A stretch of DNA of 64,000 bases from an uncultured Acidobacteriota bacterium (GTDB lineage: Bacteria; Acidobacteriota; Terriglobia; UBA7540), in assembly GCA_963804995.1 (NCBI GenBank), contig CAWDSK010000005.1:416001-480000 (forward strand), written 5' to 3'. Both the position numbers and the translations under genes were made by a program. Below are positions 63,677-64,000 of the stretch, one piece after another (the first letter of the stretch is position 1; each line of letters begins with the position of its first letter). Below the pieces are notes generated by a model that made no database searches, was not told where the DNA came from, and saw only the letters and a program-made list of their open reading frames with translations.

Positions 63677-64000
63677 CCGGAGGGCCAGCCTCTTACTATT
63701 GAGCCGCCTCCGCCCTGCGGACCCGATGACAACCCAGGCTCAGGCATGATCCGATTTTAAGATTTGTCATTACTCGGAGGCCCACCGCAGAGTGAGGAGT
63801 GGTCGCGGTCGTGCCCATGCATTATTAACTGGGGGTTTGCTCGTAGCGCAGGACATACAGTTGTTGTTCAGCGCCTCCCATTTGCTCCGTACGGATGATT
63901 CGGGCGCGCCATCATATGCAACTTCGCAAGGGTGCGGCAAGAGGGAGTAGCGCCTTGGTTAGCTTGCCGGGACTCGCAAGAAGCGCTCGCTGCCTACGGC

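Overview
A GC-rich bacterial chromosomal segment. Gene content and style suggest Acidobacteriota (Terriglobia-like), but this is inference. Housekeeping and metabolic genes are recG-rsmD, a uvrD/pcrA-type helicase, leuC-leuD, add, an IlvD/Edd dehydratase, a GH63-like glucosidase, an APC permease, a DRG-like GTPase, a DksA/TraR protein, a SIS sugar isomerase and two hemerythrins. They alternate with secreted and envelope proteins, four toxin-antitoxin pairs and an orphan antitoxin. Two autonomous-looking IS elements have exact ends: an IS630 (57-1061, TA-flanked, +1 frameshift at T3A8) and a 2.36-kb IS1-like element (57924-60282, 8-bp target duplication) carrying a divergent RHH regulator and cargo. 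Intergenic DNA is rich in non-coding structure: MITEs with IS1-like ends enclosing REP palindromes, a nested repeat, CTAG/TTAG-bounded MITEs, REPs inserted in frame in two proteins, and inverted heptamer/octamer arrays. The best candidates for undescribed biology are a mirror-symmetric, helically phased 3+3 repeat array (57463-57723) and an exported thioredoxin-fold/TPR selenoprotein (in-frame UGA, UxC motif, SECIS-like hairpin; 62759-63676). Four genes carry a single-base +1 break that is probably sequencing error. No tRNA, rRNA, CRISPR-Cas or prophage was recognised. All family calls come from reading motifs by eye; no database search was run.
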